This document shows positions 1 to 9,097 of a stretch of DNA of 9,815 nucleotides, piece after piece. The translations under genes and the position numbers were made by a program. The DNA is from Azolla caroliniana (Eukaryota; Plantae; Polypodiophyta): positions 1 through 9,815 of the forward strand of contig JBHGNT010001325.1 of NCBI GenBank assembly GCA_043228905.1. Reading direction: 5' to 3'. Under the pieces are notes generated by a model. That model was not told the DNA's origin. It did not search any database and saw only the letters and a list, made by a program, of their open reading frames with translations. Each line of letters starts with the position of its first letter. Position 1 is the first letter of the stretch.

Positions 1-403
1 ATGGCTTGGGTATCCAAGTTGGTGTATCAGTAAGCATTATGTTACTTTGACATCCAAAGTTCTTCATGTAGTGTATAATCAACCATGTAGGCTCGATGCA
101 TGGTGTGTCTTCATGATTTCGCAATTTTGAAGATTGAAAGGTCACAAGGAGGGGTATGAGTTCTTTAGGTGGGAATTATGGTTATTGGACATCACGAGTG
201 GCTTCAAGCATTAACACATTGGGCATGTAGATTGACTTCATTGTTACTCAACAAGTTTGCCAACCCAATGTTGCTATCTAGCAAAGGGGTCTGGTGTATT
301 TCTAAGTACTCACATGATTGGATCCCTCGTGTATTTCCAATCTTCACATTAGTGGAGTAGTGCTATAGAGGTGGGACAAGAGCCAACTCATAGCAATTTA
401 ATG

Positions 404-1150
404 TCAACATTGTGGGAGGTGATAAAAAGTGAGGAAGCAAAAAGAGTGTAAAGTGTTGTGGAGTGTGGATAGGGTGTGGAGTATGGATAGGGAAGGAGAG
501 AAAAGAAGAAACGGGGTACATGATAGAAGAAGAAGACAAACAGATAAAAAGAAGTTGGGGTAATAGGGAGAGCAGGGAGGACCAAAAATAGGGAAGAAGT
601 CTTTCATTACACACATCCTTGATATTTGTTTTTTCTTGTATGGACATTGATGCATTTGAATACACACACTTGGATTAATTGTTTCAGTTTTCTTCTTGTT
701 CGTCACTATCAATTGGAATCCTAAAGCATCGACTAAATTTATTGTTTTGGGGGTTTCGTTGATGACCACATTGTTTTGTAGTGTCATCAGTAGCACTTAG
801 TTTGTGACCCTCCTAAGTATGTCATACCAAGACTTTGGGTTCAACCGTAATATCTCCTTCACGACGAGTTCAACATGTGTGACTAGAATTTTATCAAGGT
901 GTTTATTTTGTAAGTCTGAGTGCCCAACCATTTGACAAACTTCTCGTATGGGTAGTTGGACTTTGCAATAATGCAACATTGACTTCTCCTTCCAAATGTT
1001 CACTCTTTTGTATAATCGTGCATTGGGATGGTTGCCCATTACCATTTGTCAACTCCTTGTCCCTAGCCTTTGTTTTGTGTGGTGAACTAGCCTCTATTTG
1101 TTGGAAAGCCCATTCTTCAATTTGGTCACGCCCGACACTAACTTCACTAG
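404..1150 (-). mobile_element. Possible degenerate Ty3/gypsy-like retrotransposon gag-pol linker remnant
   Basis: ORFs 797..1045 and 404..796 share one minus-strand frame separated by a single TAA (797-799). The segment HLDKILVTHVELVVKEILRLNPKSWYDILRRV resembles, from memory, the 'IL..V.L.V.E.L...P' helix preceding the protease in some gypsy polyproteins. No protease, RT or integrase motif is visible and the boundaries are approximate. Confidence 0.3.
457..492. repeat. 18-bp tandem duplication
   Basis: tgtggagtgtggataggg (457-474) followed by tgtggagtatggataggg (475-492), one mismatch, inside a purine-rich tract. Confidence 0.8.
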
Positions 1151-1694
1151 CTTTATGTTGTTATTGTTGAAGGAGGTTCACATACTATCATCCTGTCTTA
1201 TTTCATTTCATCAAATTTAGGTAGGTCACCAAATGCGTAGACAATCTTTCCTCTTTTTTCATTGCATGCTCTTACTTTAGATTTAATTGGCTATCAAGAT
1301 CGTGTGACATGATGCGTTATTGGGTTGCCTTGGTTTCCATTTTTATATTTTTTCCTTTTTCATGTTGATCTAATTTGTGTGCCATTCTTTGTACTCAGGT
1401 GACTACTTGTGCTCCTACTTCTAATGGTATGGCCAACAATAGGTTTGCACCAATCCTTTTCTTCTACTCGGGGAAATTTGGGTCGTATTCTCAACCATAA
1501 CCTTTTCTTTGCTTCTTTTTGAAATCAAGGTATCTTATTCGAACAGCTATTTAATGAGAAGGAATTGAAGCATTTGTGGATCAAGGGAAATATATCTAAT
1601 CAATAGATCAAGCTAGCTCATCAGGAAAGGTTTTTATCTCTCAATATTGAAGTGAACGATAGAGTTTGAGTCGAAGTTTGGCACCTTATTGAAG

Positions 1695-1779
1695 TGACAC
1701 CTTACCAAAGTTATAGTTTGAGTTGGAGTTTAGCAGAGATAAGGTGTCATCTTATAATGGAATACTATAACTTTGGTAA
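1695..1779. repeat. Overlapping inverted repeats
   Basis: Perfect 16-bp IR ttaccaaagttatagt (1702-1717) / actataactttggtaa (1764-1779). Perfect 10-bp IR tgacacctta (1695-1704) / taaggtgtca (1740-1749). Confidence 0.75.
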
Positions 1780-2128
1780 ATAAAATACTCTATTTCCAAT
1801 TTAATAGAGCATATTTTTTTAGCTCTAATTTGCTTCTTTAATCCTACACTATCTCAACCTCTCGTCTATGCTCATCTCTCCCCCTTTCTTTTAAGAACTC
1901 TCCGCATTTATTATAACCTTGGGGGTTCAACACATCAATCACAAACTCTATGAACACACAATCAAGTCTTGGGCGTGTTGGTACATAGACATGGTTGGCC
2001 GATTTAGTACTGACATGCCTATTTGATTGTATAATGATTTATTAGCATGGGAAGGAGAGATTATTATGTTGCTATTGAAAGGAAATATTGCGCTCTTAGT
2101 TTAATCACTTGTTTTGATGGGGGTCAAA

Positions 2129-2502
2129 CATAGTTGTTGAAAAACGTGTATTCTATCTTTAGACTACGTTTTAGAATACTTTGAAGTATTCTACCAGTAT
2201 TCTACGTTTTAGAATTGCCATCCTTCAATTATTCATGTATTCTACGTATTTAACAAGTATTTATCATTTCAAAAAAGTTGTAAAAATTTAAAATTTTTGA
2301 ACATTATTTAATTTGAAAAACAAAACTTTAAATTTTAATAAGTATTTAACGTATTTTACACATATTTAAATTATTCTATATGTATTCTAAGTATTAACGT
2401 ATTTTATCAGTAAAATACATATTCGAAGTATTTTAAAAAACCGTTAGAATACTTAGCATACGTATTCTACGCGTATTATGTGCTAAGTATTCTACAACAA
2501 TG
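2129..2502. mobile_element. Non-autonomous hAT-superfamily DNA transposon (MITE), 374 bp
   Basis: The left end catagttgttgaaaa matches the reverse complement of the right end cattgttgtagaata at 12/15, with CA...TG termini. Flanking 8-mers gggtcaaa (2121-2128) and ggctcaaa (2503-2510) match 7/8, and an 8-bp TSD is characteristic of hAT. About 15 GTATT-core motifs cluster toward both ends around an A/T core. No ORF. Confidence 0.8.
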
Positions 2503-3406
2503 GGCTCAAAGAGGTAGCAAATATAGTCGATGCTCGAGCTCGGAGTTTTTTAGGATTTTGTTGAAACACATTGATTATTACACATCGTGTGCAATTATGG
2601 GTTTACCTGGCAACAACTATTGAGTATATTATTGATGCAATGTCCTTTACCTATACAAATCGAAGAGCAACAATGGGTTAATTTGCATTTAAGGAGTTTG
2701 TTAAGTAAAATAATGTTATTCTCTTTAGTTTTAACCACCTTATAAGGCTTAGTTTTCTAACTTAAAGTATTTGTTGAAAGCCAAATTAATGTAAAAAACT
2801 AGGCTTATTATAATTTGTGGAGCACTACCCTTTATTAGGTATGAATGATTAATGGCTAATTTGCTCATAATGTGAAGGAGACTCTTTAGGGTTTTCCAAC
2901 TTGTATAAAAGAGCAAGAGCTCTTATGTACAAGAGGCAATTGGGTACACTAACTTTGGGGCCACCTTTTGCTCTTCGTTTTGTCCCTTTTAAATCCAATA
3001 AGAGCCACTTTCCTCCAATTAGTTTTTTTCTCCTAATTAATGGATATATATATGTGTTTCTTATTTAGCAATGATCTATTTAATTGAAACACCACTTATG
3101 TTCTTATATAGTGATTAGTGTAGTGATTAAGTGTGTCTTAATTTATGGTAACTTAAGAAAACTTTGAGAATTACATGATTGCATGGACCGGAGAGGTAAG
3201 TGGTTTTAGATTGTTGATGCATGACATGGTCTTTGATATTAGGGAGTGGTATCCCCCAATCCCTCAGTTAGCCCAACGAGAGGAAGGCGTTCCCTGGAGA
3301 CTTGACAGTCATGACTCTTGGAAGTGCAACACTCCAAGGTATAAATCGTATTAATCCCTTCATGAAAATGTGATTTAGGGTGAGACTAAGTTCATTGAGT
3401 CTCTTT

Positions 3407-3877
3407 GATGGCTATCGTCTAAAGTTAAACAACTTGAAGATATGTAATATTGATTGCGAATGGTGGTAGATCTTCAAATGTAATTAGCATTCAAAAGTGT
3501 CACTTATAACAAATGCCTTCATTTGGAAAGTATTGATTGGCACTAAAGAGATGTTGGCTAGCAATAGGCAATTGGTTCTTTGTACTATCCAAGTGGAAGT
3601 TTGTGGTCATGTTTCATATCATATTTGATTGCTTATTAAAATCAAGGTTACATTTCTCGCATTCAACAAGATATCATATTGTTATTTGATGCTAAGACAA
3701 AGGACGCTTGTACAATTTACACAACTTGACCTGAGACTAGAGATGGAGAATGTTTTCCTTTTGCTGAGGTGTTGGGTATTGCGTCATAATTGGGATATGT
3801 GCAATGCTTTTGTATTAGATTGTAGGCATGGAGTTAAAGTCTATGTATAAAAGTTAAAGGAAGTTTTGGTGTGTTGG
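3407..3877 (+). mobile_element. Decayed L1-type LINE ORF2 C-terminal fragment (zf-RVT region)
   Basis: One frame from 3407 reads DGYRLKLNNLKICNIDCEWW*IFKCN*HSKVSLITNAFIWKVLIGTKEMLASNRQLVLCTIQVEVCGHV...VFLLLRCWVLRHNWDMCNAFVLD. This resembles the plant L1 pattern W..W.S......F.W..L...C....E...H followed by W.IW..RN...F. In-frame stops occur at 3467, 3485, 3626 and 3848. The element may extend further 5'. Confidence 0.65.
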
Positions 3878-4352
3878 TTTTGTTTATTGGGGCAACTAGA
3901 AACTCTTCCTTGGTAGAGTTTTGTCTTACTATATGCGTATAATATGTATATTAAGTATTTATCAAGTATTTTATATTTCATTAAGTGCTAGATACTTCTA
4001 ATTGCAATAGCAACAAGTTGGATCTTGACATTTGTTCACACAATTTCATTAAATCTTAGTGAGAATATGCAAACTCAATTGAATCACTCACGAATAAAAT
4101 TATCAAAAACTTTTATTAGATCTTATTGACAACATGAAAACTTTGATATGAAGACTAAGCCCAATGCAAGCTATAACAAATTGAATTAAAAGAGGAAGAT
4201 CCATAAGCAAAAGGAGAAGCATTCCCAAAGTTGTGTTTCTGAAAAGGCTCCAAATGATCTTTTTTCCCTCTTCAAACTAAACCTTTTTATTTTGACAAGT
4301 AAAAATGGCGGTTCTATGTTGGAGTACCGTAAGACTTATCTAATTTGTAGCT

Positions 4353-4374
4353 TACATGTTTTTTAACAACTATG
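4353..4374 (-). mobile_element. Orphan terminal sequence related to the hAT MITE at 2129
   Basis: The reverse complement catagttgttaaaaaacatgta matches 2129-2150 catagttgttgaaaaacgtgta at 20/22. Confidence 0.6.
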
Positions 4375-6751
4375 CCACATGCAAATTATATTGTCTACTT
4401 CATTTTGTTACTAATCTAAACTACTTTATTTACAATTGCAAATCCAAACTAATCTGTATAACGAATCTCAATGTTGGAAAGGAACATAGAAATGAAGTTT
4501 CTAAGATATGTATGGTTAATTTATCAGCATCCTCTAAAATTAAATAAAAATAACAATGTAAGACACTCTCTTTCTTTAGAGGCATAGAAAACAAAAAGGA
4601 GAAGTTTATGTTAAGTGTGGAGGGTTGTTATGAGGACTCGCCATACGAAAACATACTTTGGTCCCATTCATTATAATTTATGCTTTCAGCATAAATTCTT
4701 ATTCTTCAATAGTGACAAGTATAGCTGAACTCAAGAAGTGTTAACTACCTTTGTACTAGAAGAGTGGCACTTCAATGATAGCGTCATCTTTATGTAAGCA
4801 TGTTAAGGTCTGACATAATGTATAACATCAAGTAGTAATTATGATATGCATATGTATTTAATCCTTCTAAATATTTTGTTTCTACGCTTACATGCAATGT
4901 TAATGTCTTTAAATGGTACACTTTTTTAACTCTTCTGCTCAAATTTAATTATAGTGAGAGAAGGCAAGGGGTTGCCATGTCTCACCATTTAGAATGCCAC
5001 CCTTAAATTTCTTTGTCTAAAAATAGGGAGTTGTGCTATGTATCTTGATGTACAAGTGAAGATTTCCGGAAATAAGCTTGCTTCTGTTCATAATAGTTCA
5101 TAAGTACCTTTTGTGTGAATTCAGAAGATCTTAAAAAGGTTCTAAAGCATAACTTTACTATTATGTAGGAATGTTTTAGCTTAAAGCGGGGTATAATACA
5201 TTGAAAAGAGTTCAAGAAAAGACTAGCGACAAAAAAGAACAATATTCACTATTATTTCGTTAATAAAGACAAAACGGATTTTCAACATAGTCAAAAGAGC
5301 ATACCATATGTGACATGTTTTGGAAAACTAGATATATAGTATAGTGTACATTGTAACTTACTTTCAAGAAACTCAAAATCTTTAAGAGTCTCTAATCTCC
5401 ACGTTCATGGCCCGGAACATGACAAAATCACAACAAAGAGTTATATTGAGCCTCAGATATGCCGTTTATTGCATGTTATGGAATATCTTCGTTAATGTCT
5501 ATTGCTTTAGGTAATCCTTGTCGAGTTTTGAACGCACCCTCTCCGGATCTATTAATGCCATTTACAAAAAAAAGATTGTGATAAACCTTTATAGTACTGA
5601 ATCTTTATAGCAATGCATATCTTTCTTGCTTCATTGAGATCTCATTTTTGCATATCTACTCGGCCATGTTGTTTTTATTTATTGATGGTACATTACAAGC
5701 TTTTGGCCAAAGTCTAAGAACAACGTTGAACAATGGAACGCACCTTACCTTTCTTGTGAGCTTTTTTTTATTACCATTTTCTAGACAATACTTGTGATCA
5801 ATAGCTTGTCTTACTTGCCTCCCCGGTTTTTTATGTCAGACACTAGAGATAATATCACTAGCTTTACTTTAAAAGAAATGTTTTTTTGCAAAGCTTTACC
5901 AAAATTTGGCCTAAAAAGGTACAAGTTCACATGTTCGTCCAATATAGAAAGCCAGGTAATTTGGATTTGGTGTAGATATCGTAAATGGCAGATTAATTTT
6001 TATCTTGGTGAAAAAAAACTTATTGTGGGTGAGAATCTTCTTATAATCCAACCTTTCTCAAGCATCTCAAAAGTTTCATTCATTTAAAAAGTCCATTTTC
6101 CCGCATATTTCCCTATAACATTCAACGTTTTGAGCTTATGCATGCAAGGCTACATATCTTAGCTAGGTGCAATGATGAAGGGGATGATCGATACTCTCTA
6201 TCATACCTTAGATAAAGTCTAATGTTTTCTCATGTAAAAGCTCATGTTATGAGGGTCTATGGTACATTGGAGGCTAGACCCTTCATGTAAAAAGCACTCT
6301 TCCTATATGTATGGTTAGTTGAGTCGGACTAAATACTTGTGACATGGTCATGAATGTTGAATCGGTAGTTTCATATTGTAGAAATTAAGTCTCTATGAGT
6401 TACCTTGAAGAAACAAACAGAGGATACGTACTGAAAATGTTATAATTTCCAACTTCAAGGCATACCAATTTCAAGTTTGGTACGACTATATCAACATGCA
6501 CATTCTAGTACCGCACGAAAATTGTGGTCGCTAGGGCAACAAACCACCACCACACTAAGCAATGCCAATATTGCAGTAACTTGGCATGCTTAGATTAGAG
6601 AAGTAAAAACTACATGATCTTTTTGAGTGACATTTTTTGGAGAAATAATGTTTATGTTTCTAGCATATGCTTTGAAAACATTCGAGCATTTGAATCTCTA
6701 GGCTTAATTAAAAACTCTCTTGTTTATTTAATTAAAATTATAAGTTATTAT

Positions 6752-6765
6752 GAGAGAGAGAGAGA

Positions 6766-6801
<36 letters not shown>
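6752..6801. repeat. Compound microsatellite (GA)8(CA)17
   Basis: Read directly: GA 6752-6767, CA 6768-6801. Confidence 0.97.
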
Positions 6802-6803
<2 letters not shown>

Positions 6804-7381
6804 TCTTATTGTTTCAACCCACAAAGGAGCCAAAAGTCGCACCTCGAGTAGTCTTACGTACATTGTATATAAATGTACACACAAAGTACGCATAGCAAAT
6901 ACAAATCTCGCTTCCTACACATATAACGGATATGTCCTCGGAGTTCCTTGCATGACACATAACCCCTTCATTCAATTCCTTTTGGAAAGTAATAGGCACT
7001 CCTTCCCATTGGTATACACACATTGTCTAGCATATGATCCCTCTCAAACAACATCCCTATTATACACATTCAAACGATGCCATACGGAAAACATGTATTG
7101 AATCCCCCCAGGATTCATTATGTATGAAAGAGGCAACCCAACTCCACCCGTGTTTAAGATATGAAGGACATTTTTCTCACTCACATTTGGGAAAATGATT
7201 CATCCAAGCAGATGTGTGTGGCAAGGGAACTAATTTTTCCTCACGTTCCATCAAAACATTTCGACAACACGGCCTCGTGCCGGCAATGTCCACACTGCAT
7301 CTTGAATTCCAGGCATTCATTTATGGCATTTCCTTCACGAAGAGACCCCGTCCAGGAGAGTCAATAGAGTTCTTTTCCGCA

Positions 7382-7387
7382 TGGGCC
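7382..7387 (+). promoter_or_regulatory. Site II-like element (TGGGCY)
   Basis: TGGGCC in a locally GC-richer segment about 220 bp upstream of a telo-box. A CCGCGT (CAMTA-type CGCG box) lies at 7394-7399. These are short motifs and may be chance. Confidence 0.3.
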
Positions 7388-7599
7388 AAGAAGCCGCGTG
7401 CTCCAAGTATCGTATCGTACAATAGACCTCGTGATACAAAGGCTTTTCCTTGGTGTGTGGGTTGTCCGGAGGAAGGCCATTGGAGCCAAAGTTTGGGTCA
7501 AAAGTTTCGGTTTTCATGTGTCACATGGACGCCCACCCACTCAAATGCCAACACATTTTAGCTTGCACACCTTTTTACTCCATCATTCATCTCTTCCTT

Positions 7600-7612
7600 T
7601 ATAAAACCCTAG
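7600..7612 (+). promoter_or_regulatory. Overlapping TATA-like box and telo-box
   Basis: TATAAAA (7600-7606) overlaps AAACCCTAG (7604-7612), preceded by a pyrimidine-rich stretch, about 440 bp upstream of the ATG. Confidence 0.45.
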
Positions 7613-7644
7613 TTTTCATCTCCAAAAATCTAGGTATACATAGT

Positions 7645-7668
7645 ACACACACACACACACACACACAC
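7645..7668. repeat. (AC)12 microsatellite
   Basis: Read directly. Confidence 0.95.
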
Positions 7669-7738
7669 ATTCCCCCTAGTTTTAGCTATAGTGCTAGATA
7701 GAGCCTGTATAGGGAGATTTTCCTCTTATTTTGGTGGG

Positions 7739-7744
<6 letters not shown>

Positions 7745-7772
<28 letters not shown>
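7745..7772. repeat. (CT)14 microsatellite / GAGA-type element
   Basis: Read directly. It also forms the polypyrimidine tract of the putative acceptor. Confidence 0.95.
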
Positions 7773-7775
<3 letters not shown>

Positions 7776-8046
7776 GGTGCCCCATGTTTGATGTATCACC
7801 ACATTTGCTTTCCTTTCAAAATGTGAGGAGCAGCACCTGAAAGCAAGAGGTGTGAAGGAATTATTATGTGAGGGAAGCTACATGTATATGTATGTGTGTA
7901 TGTATATAGGATTTTGCCACAGATGGGGAATTTGATTTTGGGGTTCCCATCCTCCTCATACATTGTGAGAGGCAGAAGTTTGATGTGTAATTAGGTGTAC
8001 CTTAATTTTATCAGTAGCTACAACAAATTCAACAATCAGCAAGGGC

Positions 8047-8461
8047 ATGGCTATGGTGCTAGGGTTTCTTACGGTCATGAAGATACTTGTAAGGATGATG
8101 ATGATAATGATGGTGGTGATGATGAATGACAGTAGTATGGTGATTAAGGGGGATGTAATTGCTATAGATAATTGCACCACCACATCTAGTACCACTAACG
8201 GAGGCAACAATCCTGAGAACTATGAGTCGGCCAAGTATGGTGATGATCTTCATCAGAACGTGGAGATTGTGAGTGTTTTAGGCGATGGTGGAATGCGAGA
8301 CGAGAGGGTACGGGTGGGTCTGGAGTCTTGGAACTTCTGTAACAAGGTGGGATTCGCCAACGATTTGAGTCATGGAACTAACCATACCTATTCTGATGAT
8401 TGGCATAATGATTCCATGCCAAGCCCACGACGAGCTGATTGCACCGATTTGATCTGCGTAG
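8047..8461 (+). CDS. Coding exon 1 of an uncharacterised secreted plant protein (DUF7705-type family)
   Basis: First ATG (context ggcATGG) after an in-frame TGA at 7981. A hydrophobic N-terminus is followed by VSVLGDGGMRDERVRVGLESWNFCNKVG...MPSPRRADCTDL, matching my recollection of the family motif SAVGDPGM....RVA.EAWNFCNEVG...SPR.ADC.DL. It ends at the phase-1 donor AG|GTAAAC (GT 8462-8463). The ORF-track extension to 8535 is intron read-through. Confidence 0.9.
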
Positions 8462-8587
8462 GTAAACTGAGTTTGCTTCTGCCAATCCTACTTTTGCTTA
8501 GCATCTGTTGTATATATAAATTATACATTACTTAACTGTTGCATCCATTAATTTAAAGATCCTGAGTGATTACTTAGGTCCATGAGA

Positions 8588-8622
8588 TTTAGGGTTTGGT
8601 GTTTAGGGTTTAGGGTTTAGGG
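8588..8622 (+). repeat. Interstitial plant-type telomeric repeat
   Basis: TTTAGGG-TTTGGTG-TTTAGGG-TTTAGGG-TTTAGGG: five in-register 7-mers, one degenerate. Confidence 0.9.
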
Positions 8623-8677
8623 CCTTCTTGCTTCGTTTCAGAGTTTCCAAGAGATTAGAGAAGGTTTTCTGAGTTCA

Positions 8678-8695
8678 TTCTTCTTCTTCTTCTTC
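8678..8695. repeat. (TTC)6 microsatellite
   Basis: Read directly, intronic. Confidence 0.85.
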
Positions 8696-9097
8696 TATTA
8701 AATTATAATTCCTATCACATTCTGATTAGTGAGGGTCTTGTTTAATTCTTCGGTAATCTTCTAATTAATCACAGAGATTTTCCCTAATGACAACCCAATG
8801 GATTAATGTACATAGAACGTCAAAAAGCAAATGAATGTATTGAATTGATTCAATTCTGGTTTCAGATTGGTTGTGTGTTTAAAGTAAGTAAGTGTTTGGA
8901 GATAAGTGTGAGGTTGCAAGTTCGAAACTCCTTGGGCACTAGGGTAAGTTCGGATAAAAATACCAAACTATAGACCCGTAGAGACAACGTAGAGAAATGG
9001 CGATACGAATCCAATGACCCCAGGGGCCATTGGGCCAACCTTCTTTGAGTTTATGAAAAGAAACCGTGTGATCTCTCTCGTCCTTATTGGCATGCAG

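Larger units (their letters stand above)
7634..7776 (+). other. Putative 5'UTR intron (143 nt)
   Basis: Candidate donor AG|GTATAC at 7634. The acceptor is strong: a (CT)14 pyrimidine tract followed by GCAG|GT (AG at 7775-7776). The donor is less certain than the acceptor. Confidence 0.5.
8462..9097 (+). other. Spliceosomal GT-AG intron, 636 nt, phase 1
   Basis: It runs GTAAAC...ATGCAG|G and is AT-rich. Joining g(8461) to gc(9098-9099) gives Gly and restores one frame: DLICV-G-NVCEIDQLV. Confidence 0.88.

Noticed and set aside
2148-2494. Reiterated GTATTCTAC-like motifs as a CRISPR or iteron array
   Set aside because: Units are short, irregularly spaced and in both orientations, the context is eukaryotic, and the hAT MITE explains them.
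2611-2677. 10-bp matches to the MITE ends (caacaactat, caacaatggg)
   Set aside because: Too short in AT-rich DNA, with no TSD or partner end.
2699-3070. Possible solo LTR (TG start, TATAAAAG near 2905, AATAAG near 2997)
   Set aside because: I could not find a CA end with a matching 4-6 bp TSD, or a convincing PBS or PPT.
4675-4697. 10-bp perfect hairpin aatttatgct-ttc-agcataaatt (similar small hairpins near 6249-6286 and 7099-7117)
   Set aside because: Short isolated stems that are plausible by chance and too small for miRNA precursors. Bacterial-type terminators are irrelevant here.
5370-6130. Sequence with the texture of a non-autonomous DNA transposon, including ORF 5794..6087
   Set aside because: No TIR, TSD or protein motif could be identified by eye. 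It needs a repeat-library search.
6614-7701. Cluster of short ORFs (6614..6895, 6814..7023, 7161..7367, 7214..7561, 7335..7517, 7398..7604, 7450..7701)
   Set aside because: They overlap in several frames, are partly held open by microsatellites (THTHTH), and show no domain similarity. The region fits promoter or intergenic DNA.
7956-8253. Minus-strand ORFs with poly-Ile and poly-His tracts
   Set aside because: They are the reverse complement of the (ATG)n-like repeat in exon 1.
8462-8535. Hydrophobic C-terminal tail of the 162-aa ORF (KLSLLLPILLLLSICC), resembling a TM or GPI signal
   Set aside because: Intron read-through past the donor at 8462; family similarity resumes at 9098. An intron-retention isoform cannot be excluded but has no support here.
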